In this document: piece after piece, positions 53,041 to 63,575 of the stretch
Position numbering within the stretch: the stretch's first letter is position 1
Layout: every line of letters begins with the position of its first letter
Source: Octopus sinensis
Taxonomy: Eukaryota
Assembly: GCF_006345805.1 (NCBI RefSeq)
Contig: NC_043015.1
Span: 50,654,001-50,718,000 of the forward strand
DNA length: 64,000 nucleotides
Direction of reading: 5' to 3'
Notes under the pieces: generated by a model
Told to the model about the DNA's origin: nothing
What the model saw: only the letters and a program-made list of their open reading frames with translations
The model's database searches: none
Translations under genes and position numbers: made by a program

Positions 53041-54279
53041 GACTATTTTATTAAAATCTAGGAGTTTAGATTTTGTCTTGTTTTTGTTTTTTTTTTGTTT
53101 GCATTGGTCTATACTTTCCTATTGATTTTTTTTTTCCAATTTTCTAGATAATGGTACATTTTAAAAGTTTTTCTCTAGAAAACATTTATTTAACATGTCT
53201 GTAGTGAACTGAGGACATCTTTTTTTTTTTTACCTTTATATTGGTATTGCCTTAGTCATTATACTGCCATTGATAATTATGTTGAAGGTAAAGAGACTGC
53301 ATTCTTAGACAAGAATGGACTCAACAATGGATGATTCTATTTCAAACTGTTTATATATTACGTACGCACAAGTAAATTCATATATTGAAAAAGAAAAAAA
53401 AACACACACACACGTTTCTACGGTAATCTATGTAATTCTTAAAGCTTTACAATATGGAAGATAAAAAGAATGCCTTAGTTTGGACTGTTTGCATGACAGA
53501 TGTACTTTATTCTTTGTATATCGACATCATAATATAAGGGTAATAATTACCCCTTTGTTGAACATATATGTAAACAGTGGCTGTTATGCAAGGACAAGTT
53601 GAAGAAATTCATAGAACATCTCGTGGAAGACTGGTGATAGAGTGCCATTTCTATATAGTAATAGGCATCTGTTGATCTCGAGAGACCATAGAGCTGCACC
53701 TGAAAAAATTGTGGTGCAAAATATCTATATTCTTCACTCCTACCCGTCTTGGAGGCCTTGTAAATGGTCATAGGAACAACATTACCCCTCTTGACTCTTG
53801 ACTAAAAGTTAAAAAAAAAAAGTTAACTAAGGCACGGGTATGGCTGCATGGTAAGAAGTTTACTTTCCAACCACATGGTTCTGGGTTCAGTCCCACTGCA
53901 TGGCACCTTGGTTAAGTGTCTTCTACTATAGCCTTGGGCAGACCAAACCCTTGTGAGTGGATTTAGTAGACAGAAACTGAGAGCAGCCACTGATGGTAGT
54001 GCAGCATCTGCAGTAGCTGTAGAGATCCACATGGGAGTGGCAGTCATCCATAGTGACTGCATTTGAAGGAGATCTCTGCCAGCACTACTGGTTTGCTTTA
54101 ACTTCGTTACTATGGCAACAGTCTGGATACTTACTGATCAGACCACATATACATATATATATATATATATAATACGTTTAAATATTTGTTGTGCAAGATT
54201 TATTGGCTAAACTGGCAAAATGACCATTCCGAAATATAACAATATATATATATATATATAATATATATATATTATATAT

Positions 54280-54448
54280 ATTCAACAATTTAAGGAATGG
54301 CCTTGATAGGTCATTCGACCCACCTATCAAGGCCATTCCTTAATATTGTTGAATGTATATTATATAGTCTGTTGACTATTTTTTCTTTCTCACTGGACCG
54401 CTGGTGGCGAAAAAATTTATCTTGAATTTTTTGCTACCCTGATATTGA

Positions 54449-54450
<2 letters not shown>
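54280..54450. mobile_element. Short fold-back element in (TA)n with one-sided tail
   Basis: ATTCAACAAT-TTAAGGAATGGCCTTGATAGGT / ACCTATCAAGGCCATTCCTTAA-TATTGTTGAAT around a 10-nt loop. Confidence 0.55.
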
Positions 54451-54483
<33 letters not shown>

Positions 54484-54590
54484 ATACATAAATATATATA
54501 CATACATATCTATACATATATACACATATATATATATCCATACATATATATATATATACATACATATCTATACATATACATATGCATATA

Positions 54591-54653
<63 letters not shown>

Positions 54654-54922
54654 ATGTATATGCTAAGGTGAGTTGTATGGTAGATGTGAATAGCTAAAGA
54701 AGGAAAGCAACAACTCTTGAGGTAAAAAAAATGAAAATGAAGAAAAAAAATAATCTTCAACAATTTTTTTAATGGGAAGCTAAGTACAAAAAAAAATTAC
54801 TCTAGAATTGTATTGAATTGTCAAATAAATTCGTTCGTTTTTTCTTCTTTTTATTTTATTCCATTTACTTTAATCATTTCCAACGTTGTACGAATTAACA
54901 CCCACAAAATAACAACAACAAC

Positions 54923-54970
<48 letters not shown>

Positions 54971-54972
54971 TA

Positions 54973-55004
<32 letters not shown>

Positions 55005-55469
55005 AAGTTTATCGTAGTGATTTATGTAGCTCCATTCTTCATCTACAACTTTTGTCAATCGTTTTTGCGAAATCTGAAAAACTTCTTTTCCTCTTTTCAG
55101 ACATTGACGATGGAGTGCCAAATAGAAAGAAGAAAAAAAAAATTAATAAATAAACGAATTTATCCTGACGACCCAATAAAGCCTTTGGCAGTACTACAGT
55201 TGATTTGAAAAGTGTGTAAAAACTTGTCTTGACTATTTTTTTTCTGAGTAACTATTAGAACAAGTCTTCACAGCTACGTTATAACATCCATCAATAATTA
55301 ATATAGTTCTCTATCTATATTTAGTGTATGTATATATATGTGTCTGTATATATATATATCTATATAATAATATATATATATATATATAATATTATATATA
55401 TATACTAAATATTTAGTATATATATATATATACATATATATAGTGTATATATATATATATTATATAGTG

Positions 55470-55505
<36 letters not shown>

Positions 55506-55686
55506 GTGTATATATATATATATTTAGTATATATATATAATATTTATAGCTATGAAACGTACGTAGTGTTTTTACTTATTATATTATATATTTATCATTC
55601 ATTTTATACTTTTTGAGATCTAGTATAAGTTATATATTAAAAAAAAATTATAATTATAATTATATATATATATATATATATATATT

Positions 55687-56173
55687 AACGTAAGGTGTAC
55701 TAGCCACTGAATGTGGCTAGCCACTGGGGGTGTGTACTAGCCACATTCAGATGGCTAGTACACCTTACGTTGTTGAGCGGTTACTGTTTATATCTCGTTC
55801 AGAGATTTATTATTGCTTTCAGACACTTTTTCTAAATCAGTGACAGTGGTTGCTGTGAAAAACGTTATATATTATTTGCAGGGGGACTCCTTCATCGAAG
55901 ACCGGTGCTTACCATGCGTTGACGAGAGGCAATTACCTTGAAACTATAGTCCGTATGTAGTACTTAGGTCTTCGAGGGAGGATGACCTCCCTTTGCAAAT
56001 AACACAAGGGCACTGAGATAGTGTCTAAAGTCCATCTGGTGACGTTGATCGCCTGGGGCTAAAAGCATCAGGAACACACCACCCCCAGTGGCTAGCCACA
56101 TTCAGATGGCTAGTACACCTTACGTTGTCGAGCGGTTACTGTTTATATCTCGTTCAGAGATTTATTATTGCTT
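55687..56173 (+). mobile_element. Retrozyme-like or PLE pLTR-like element: 355-nt monomer with 82-bp terminal direct repeat and inverted 5' piece
   Basis: Direct repeat 55737-55818 equals 56092-56173 with one mismatch. 55687-55732 is an inverted copy of ~56080-56126. Flanked by (TA)n. Confidence 0.8.
55905..55963 (+). ncRNA. Type I hammerhead ribozyme motif with extended stem I (C3U in this copy)
   Basis: GTGCT-TAC-CATGCG-TTGACGA-GAGG(CAATTA)CCTT-GAAA-CTATAG-TC^CGTATG-T-AGTAC. GUC cleavage triplet ends at 55951. Confidence 0.8.
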
Positions 56174-56269
56174 ATATATATATTGTTATATTGTTATTTA
56201 TGTATTGCCTTATGTCTATCACTGTTTGAGTTGCATAATAGTGGTTTTATCTCTAATTCATATTTCATA

Positions 56270-56307
<38 letters not shown>

Positions 56308-56506
56308 CTATAAGAATTTCCAAGGAATTTTTCAAGAACATTACGAAAAATAGCTGTTTCATTTGTTCCTGCTTATTCAGTTTCATTTGGCAACTTCAGA
56401 ATCAAGACATGGCATATTGCTAGGAAACCTGAAAGATGATCTAGTTATCGAAATTGAGATAAATTATTCTGCCAGTAATGTAAACATTTTTCAGCTTGGT
56501 TTAAAC

Positions 56507-56842
56507 CAGTGTTTCTCAACAGGGGTCCAAATAAGATTTTGTTGTTAAAATTAACGTGCAACAACTTGGTTATACTTTTACAATACACAAAATCATCATC
56601 ATCATCATCATCGTCGTTTAACGTTCGCTTTCCATGCTAGCATGGGTTGGATGGTTTGACTGTGGGCTGGCGAACCACATGGCTGCATCAAGGTCCAGAG
56701 TTTCTACAGCTGGATGCCTTTCCTAATGCCAACCACTCTGGGAGTGTAGTGGAGTGGTTAGGAAGGGCATCCAGCTGTAGAAATATTAAATTTTTTTTTG
56801 TATACAATTCTCATTAATACTTAATCATGAAATTACAATAGG

Positions 56843-56899
<57 letters not shown>

Positions 56900-57027
56900 T
56901 GTATGTATTTATGTATGTATACAGACACACACACACACACACAAACAGTGAATGGTTATGGAGGTTTGGCAAAATATAGCAGGATATAAAAGGGATCCAT
57001 AGGTAAAAAATAGTTGAGGAACTAGTG
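56507..57027. mobile_element. hAT MITE with nested insertions
   Basis: CAGTGTTTCTCAAC / GTTGAGGAACTAGTG ends, TSD GTTTAAAC/GTCTAAAC. Confidence 0.65.
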
Positions 57028-57035
57028 GTCTAAAC

Positions 57036-57270
57036 CAGTACTACTCAAAGTGATGGTCCGCAGACTGGTGCCGGTACGCAGCGGGTTTCCAGAAATGAAA
57101 GAAACATTATAAAATGCTTATGCAATATTGTATTATTTGTTTACGAAATAAATATAAGATAAAAAAAAAATGTCAACTTTTTTTACAAAGAAATATGACC
57201 GGTCCCTGGCAAATTGGAAAAAATAAATAAAACTGCCGGTACGTCACATCAGATAGTTTGAGACGCACTG
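57036..57270. mobile_element. hAT (Charlie-like) MITE
   Basis: CAGTACTACTCAAA / TTTGAGACGCACTG ends, perfect 8-bp TSD GTCTAAAC at 57028-57035 and 57271-57278. Confidence 0.85.
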
Positions 57271-57317
57271 GTCTAAACCATAAGAGACATTTGTTCAATT
57301 ACGAAGTAGTAGAAGGC

Positions 57318-57845
57318 CACAGGAGTGGCTGTGTGGTAAGTAGCTTGCTTACCAACCACATGGTTCTGGGTTCAGTCTCACTGTGTGGCACCTTAGGCAA
57401 GTGTCTTCTACTGTAGCCTCGGGCCGACCAAAGCCTTGTGAGTGGATCTGATAGACGGAAACTGAAAGAAGCCCATCTTATATATGTATATGTATATATA
57501 TATGTGTGTTTGTGTGTGTATATGGTGTGTTTATGTCCCCGTAACTTAGTGGTTTGGCAAAAGAGACAGATAGAATAAGTACCAGGCTTACAAAGAATAA
57601 GTCCTGGGGTCGATTTGCACACACACATACATGTATACATATATATATGCATACATACACACATATATTACAAAAAGCGGTAAGTAACACCAAAATGCAC
57701 GCCAAGATGCAAAACTTTTCAGTGTGCACCGAATCGCAGTAGAAAGGCATGTAGGTGTAGAAATGGAAAAACGTGATTGACAGCAGAAGGTGGTGCTCCA
57801 GTATGGCCGCAGTCAAATGGCTGGAATGAGTAAAAGAGTAAGTAG
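57318..57845 (+). mobile_element. SINE family A interrupted by a ~170-bp insert (57620-57788)
   Basis: Consensus breaks after GTCGATTTGC and resumes at AAGGTGGTGCTCCAG. Confidence 0.8.
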
Positions 57846-58647
57846 AAGGCCAACCGAAACAAATTTCTTGAGATGTCTGGGCACTGGTTTTAATACACAC
57901 ATACACACACACATTGAAATGCGACCATGCTGGAGTACCGTCTCGAAATGTTTAGCTAAACATATTGACTCGAGTACTAATTGTACTGATCTCCTTTGCT
58001 GAGCCATTAGGTTACGGGGACGAAAACATAATAAACATCAGTTGCCAAGCGGTATGGGACAAACAGACAGACACACTCACACACATGTACAAATATATAT
58101 ATATATCATCATCATCATCATCATCATCATTTAGCATCCGTTTTCCATGCTAGCATGGGTTGGACGGTTCAACTGGGGTCTGTGAAGCTGGAAGGCTTCA
58201 TCAGGCCCAGTCAGATCTGGCAGTGTTTCTACGGCTGGATGCCCTTCCTAACGCCAACCACTCTGTGAGTGTAGTGGGTGCTTTTTACGTGCCACCCGCA
58301 CATATATATATGTATACATACACACATATATTACAAAAAGCGGTAAGTAACACCAAAATGCATGCCAAGATGCAGAACTTTGCAGTGTGCACCGAATCGC
58401 AGTAGAAAGGTATGTAGGTGCAGAAATGGAAAAACGTGATTGACAGCAGAATAAAATTGGATTTATAAATCTGTTTTCCTTATTATTAATTTATCATCTC
58501 TTCTCTACCGACAACATGCAGCCTCTATAGAGACAAATGGATTTACCAATGTGAAGATCTACCGAGGATAATAAATTAAACTAGCTGGAGTTTTTCTGCT
58601 TTCTCTCTCTCTCTCTCTCTCTCTCTAGATATATATATATATATATA

Positions 58648-59063
58648 GGCGCAGGAGTGGCTGTGTGGTAAGTAGCTTGCTAACCAACCACATGGTTCCG
58701 GGTTCAGTCTCACTGCGTGGCATCTTGGGCAAGTGTCTTCTGCTATAGCCCCGGGCCAACCAATGCCTTGTGAGTGGATTTGGTAGACGGAAACTGAAAG
58801 AAGCCTGTCGTATATATGTATATATATATATGTATGTGTGTGTGTGTGTGTGTGTTTGTGTGTCTGTGTTTGTCCCGCTAGCATTGCTTGACAACCGATG
58901 CTTGTGTGTTTACGTCCCCGTCACTTAGCGGTTCGGCAAAAGAGACCGATAGAATAAGTACTGGGCTTACAAAGAATAAGTCCTGGAGTCGATTTGCTTG
59001 ACTAAAGGTGGTGCTCCAGCATGGCCGCAGTCAACTGACTGAAACAAGTAAAAGAGTAAAAGA

Positions 59064-59065
<2 letters not shown>
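58648..59065 (+). mobile_element. SINE family A, full length, close to consensus
   Basis: GGCGCAGGAGTGGCTGTGTGGTAAG...GACTGAAACAAGTAAAAGAGTAAAAGAG. Confidence 0.9.
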
Positions 59066-59100
<35 letters not shown>

Positions 59101-59262
59101 TATATGTAACTATAAATAAGAGTATCTGAGAGACACCACCATGCCGAAATAGCAGTCAGACCCTGACTCTAAAAACCACCTAAAATGTTCATATCGCACT
59201 ATGAGGTAAAACAGAGAGACGAAATAAACTAGCAAAAAGATATTAATGGATAATTCAAGATC

Positions 59263-59309
59263 CTGACGAAAGCAGAGCTTATTTGAAGCAAAGCTAGAAA
59301 TCCAGGATC
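59263..59309 (+). ncRNA. Hammerhead core lacking its 5' stem I, in the loop of hairpin 1 (duplicate at 60033-60079)
   Basis: CTGACGA-AAGC...GCTA-GAAA-TCCAGGA-TC, with near-palindromic stem III ATCC-A-GGAT. Confidence 0.55.
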
Positions 59310-59689
59310 TTGAATTATCCATTAATATCTTTTTGCTAGTTTATTTTATCTCTCTGTCTTACCTCATAGTGCGATATGAACATTTTAGGTGGTTTTTTAG
59401 AGTCAGGGTTTGACTGCTATTTCGGCATGGTGGTGTCTCTCAGATACCTTTATTTATAGTTGTAAAAAATTATTACCTTTGTATGGTATTTATTCCCATG
59501 CTGGCCACTTGATAATATCGATATTTAAATATCGATATTATCCTTATTTATAAATTTATATATATATATATACTTTATTTAAAGCAGCAGAAAATTCAAC
59601 AAAACCTGAGTTTCCGTTGCCGTTCATCGGACAGTTTTTGCTAGAATGGAACCGATATGTCGAATTGACATATCGGTTCCATTCTAGCA

Positions 59690-59736
59690 AAAACTGTCTG
59701 ATGAACGGCAACGGGAAATTCAGAGTAACAGGTTTT
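59690..59736 (+). ncRNA. Hammerhead ribozyme motif (duplicate at ~60460-60505)
   Basis: AAAACTGT-CTGATGA-ACG(GCAA)CGG-GAAA-TTCAGAG-TA-ACAGGTTTT, same family as 1025-1071. Confidence 0.7.
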
Positions 59737-59842
59737 GTTGAATTTTCTGCTGCTTTAAATAAAGCATATTACTCTACGACTGGTCTTTGAGTACTCTTTT
59801 TTCCACCTTGTTTCACATTTACGTGTTTACTCCGGTATATAT

Positions 59843-59875
<33 letters not shown>

Positions 59876-60602
59876 GTAACTATAAATAAGAGTATCTGAG
59901 AGACACCACCATGCCGAAATAGCAGTCAGACCCTGACTCTAAAAACCACCTAAAATGTTCATATCGCACTATGAGGTAAAACAGAGAGACGAAATAAACT
60001 AGCAAAAAGATATTAATGGATAATTCAAGATCCTGACGAAAGCAGAGCTTATTTGAAGCAAAGCTAGAAATCCAGGATCTTGAATTATCCATTAATATCT
60101 TTTTGCTAGTTTATTTTATCTCTCTGTCTTACCTCATAGTGCGATATGAACATTTTAGGTGGTTTTTTAGAGTCAGGGTTTGACTGCTATTTCGGCATGG
60201 TGGTGTCTCTCAGATACCTTTATTTATAGTTGTAAAAAATTATTACCTTTGTATGGTATTTATTCCCATGCTGGCCACTTGATAATATCGATATTTAAAT
60301 ATCGATATTATCCTTATTTATAAATTTATATATATATATATACTTTATTTAAAGCAGCAGAAAATTCAACAAAACCTGAGTTTCCGTTGCCGTTCATCGG
60401 ACAGTTTTTGCTAGAATGGAACCGATATGTCGAATTGACATATCGGTTCCATTCTAGCAAAAACTGTCTGATGAACGGCAACGGGAAATCAGAGTAACAG
60501 GTTTTGTTGAATTTTCTGCTGCTTTAAATAAAGCATATTACTCTACGACTGGTCTTTGAGTACTCTTTTTTCCACCTTGTTTCACATTTACGTGTTTACT
60601 CC

Positions 60603-60663
<61 letters not shown>

Positions 60664-60748
60664 GTATATGTATATATATAAGAATTTTTTGCATAATGAG
60701 ATAAAAAACCAAGGCTGAGTAGATATTAGAACATTTATAGATAGAAGG

Positions 60749-60798
60749 TCTTACAGCTGTTTCCAGGATATTTATTAATTATATCCCTTCATCGGAGA
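60749..60798 (-). ncRNA. Hammerhead ribozyme motif (U4C) in a PLE-like element (~60680-61075)
   Basis: Reverse complement reads TCT-CCGATGA-AG-GGATAT(AATTAATAA)ATATCC-TG-GAAA-CAGCTG-TA-AGA. Confidence 0.7.
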
Positions 60799-61396
60799 GG
60801 GTGTAAGAGGATGGTTAAGTCATAGTTAGTTTAGATGTGATACAAAATAGAGAGTGAGGTGGAGGAAAGAAAATAGATGCGAGATATGTATGGTTAATGA
60901 AGTTGTAAGTCCATTTTTTAGGCAGAATGGTATACATGTAGTATTCTAATACCCTATGAGTAAAGTCCAAAAGTCCGACAGAGTTTAAAATGGGTCCTTC
61001 CAAATATAGAGTTTATACACAATGTAAGATTCCCTTATGAGTGAGACCCAGCAGTTTTTAAACTTGGTCATTCCATATATATATATATATATATATATAT
61101 GGGCGTGGCTCATATATATTAGCAAAATGTCTCTAAGCTACCTTAAAATTATCACAATAAATACGTGCCGAATTCGGATACACACACACACACATGACAG
61201 GCTTTCACACAGTTTCCTTCAACCAAATTCACGCACAAGTAATTGGTCAGCTTGGAGTCCTAACCACATGGTTCAAGGTTCAGTCCTACTGCTTGGATCT
61301 TTAAGTAAGTGTCTGCTAGAATACTATATCGCCTCAAACTGACCAAAGCTTTGTGAGTGGATTTGGTAGGCGGAAATGCACATACATATTACATTT

Positions 61397-61961
61397 CAGT
61401 TCTATATTTAAGAGATGAGGAATTATGTACATTACTTATTTTATTTACACATTACGGATATTTGTCCTCACCTTGTTTGTTGTTAACACAACATTTCGGC
61501 TGATATATCCTCCAGCCTTCATCAGGTGTCTTGGGAAATTTCGAACCTGGGTTCTCATTCCTAAGGTATTTTTCGATGTTGTTGTTGTTGTTGTTGTTGT
61601 TATTATAATAATAATAATAATTATTATTATTTTTATTATTATTATTCAGGTCACTGCCTGGAATCGGGTTAGTAACCCCAAGATTCCGAGTGTTCGATTC
61701 TAGGCAGTGACCTGAATAATAATAATAATAATAATTCGTTCGTTTATTGGCCACAAGGGCTAACAAAAATCAATTAAAACATAAAGGGACAAAACACAGG
61801 AGGAAAGTTACAAAGGGTTTTGTCCGTTTGAAAAAGTCCGTGTACAAAAGCAGGATAATAACGAAATATAAGTAACGATTAAAACTCCCAAAAGGGGGAG
61901 GGGCTTCGAAAGGTTACTCGTGGAAAAATAATAATAATAATAACAACAACAACAACAACAA

Positions 61962-62003
<42 letters not shown>

Positions 62004-62170
62004 GAACAACAGCGAAAAATACTTTAGGAATGAGAATCCAGGTTCGAAATTTCCCCAAGACACCTGATGAAGGCCGGAGGGTATATCAGCCGAAGCGTTG
62101 TGTTAACAGCAAACAAGAAGAGGACAAATATCCGTCAAATGTAAATAATATAAATAATGTAAATAATGTA
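61397..62170. mobile_element. Inverted pair of the tRNA-head plus hammerhead element (family H) with an unrelated ~195-bp insert in its (AAT)n linker
   Basis: HHR at 61486-61529 (-) and 62060-62103 (+). tRNA 3' half with B-box at ~61673-61714 (+). Insert at ~61735-61930. Confidence 0.8.
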
Positions 62171-62744
62171 TATATACATTTGCCCAAAGTGCCGCACAGT
62201 GACACCGAACGCGGCATGTATGCGTGTGCACGCGCGGTTCTCACAGTCAGTGTTCCTCATTCTCATGGACGGTAATACTCGCAGATAACTCACAATGGCA
62301 TATTATACAAAAATTTGTCATTGAAGTCTTTCCATCTCCGACTAAATCATTTAAACTTAAGAGTGTGTTGTGGTGGTGGTCGTGGGGGGAAATTAAGTCA
62401 TTTTTGTGACAGTTGACATTTTCAGCTCGTAACTAGGTTTATGAGGGATTATTAAGTTACAATTCACTTTCTCATAAATCACTAATCCCTTATCGCTTCT
62501 CTCCTCATTATGACCTGTGTAAGTTGAATTAAAGACATAAAAACAAAGAATTATAAAAATTAAGGTATAACAAATTTAAAACGAATGCTGACACCTCGGG
62601 AAATTATCACAATGGACTTATCGCATGTGAAATTATCTTGTCTGCTTGTAGAATGATGGGTTTATGGCTTATCTACACAAGTACTACCCCCATCTCACTC
62701 GATTTTGTGTTGTCATAACTTAGAGAAAAATGGATGTTTTATAA

Positions 62745-63288
62745 TCTTTTCTACTCTAGGCACAAGGCCTGAAATTTGGGGAGAAGTGGGGGGTTGTCGA
62801 TTAGATCGAACCAGTACGCAACTGGTACTTAATTTATCGACTCATCAAGGATGAAAAGCAAAATCGACCTCGGCGAAATTTGAACTCAGAACATAAGGGC
62901 AGACGAAATACCTATTTCTTTACTACCCACGAGGGGCTAAACACAGGGCAGACAAACGGATCAAGTCGATTATATCGACCCCAGTGCATAACTGGTACTT
63001 AATTTATCGACCTCGAAAGGATGAAAGGCAAAGTCGACCTCGGCGGAATTTGAATTCAGAACGTAACCGCAGACAAAATACCTATTTCTTTACTACCCAC
63101 AAGGGGCTAAACACAAAGAAGACAAACAAGGACAGCCAAACGGATTAAGTCGATTATATCGACCCCAGTGCGTAACTAGTATTTATTTAATCGACCCTGA
63201 AAGGCAAAGTCGACCTCGCTGGAATTTGAACTCAGAACGTAACCGCAGACCGCCCGGCGTGCTAACGTTTCTGCCAGCTCGCCGCCTT
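62745..63288 (-). mobile_element. SINE family B, head-to-tail multimer
   Basis: The block GTCGACCTCGGCGGAATTTGAACTCAGAAC recurs at ~62865, 63033 and 63209 (~170-176-bp period). Confidence 0.85.
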
Positions 63289-63309
63289 GTGGATGTTTTA
63301 TAATGAAAG

Positions 63310-63575
63310 TGCGGTCGTGGCTTTGTTGTAAGAAGTTTGCTTTCTAACCACATGGTTAAAGGTTCAGTCCCACTGCTTGGGTCTTTAAGTGTCTGCAAGA
63401 ATACCATAGCCTCGGACTGACAAAAGCTTTGTGAGTGGATTTGGTAGGCGGAAACGCACATACATACATATATCCATACCTACATGTATGGTTATGTGAG
63501 TGTCTTGTATTGGTTTGTTAACGTCCCCGTAACTTAGTGGTTCGGCAAAGAGAACGTCAGAATAAGTACTAAACC
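63310..63575 (+). mobile_element. SINE family A, degenerate
   Basis: Matches the family A consensus. Confidence 0.7.

Larger units (their letters stand above)
59085..60620 (+). repeat. Near-identical 770-bp tandem duplication, each unit holding two fold-back HHR elements
   Basis: 59110 repeats at 59880. Hairpin 1 has arms 59108-59265 / 59303-59461 and hairpin 2 has arms 59573-59661 / 59667-59764. Bounded by (TA)n. Confidence 0.95.

Noticed and set aside
55101-55153. Possible plus-strand terminal exon (IDDGVPNRKKKKKINK*)
   Set aside because: A good acceptor, but the peptide is mostly an A-run and no upstream exon could be linked.
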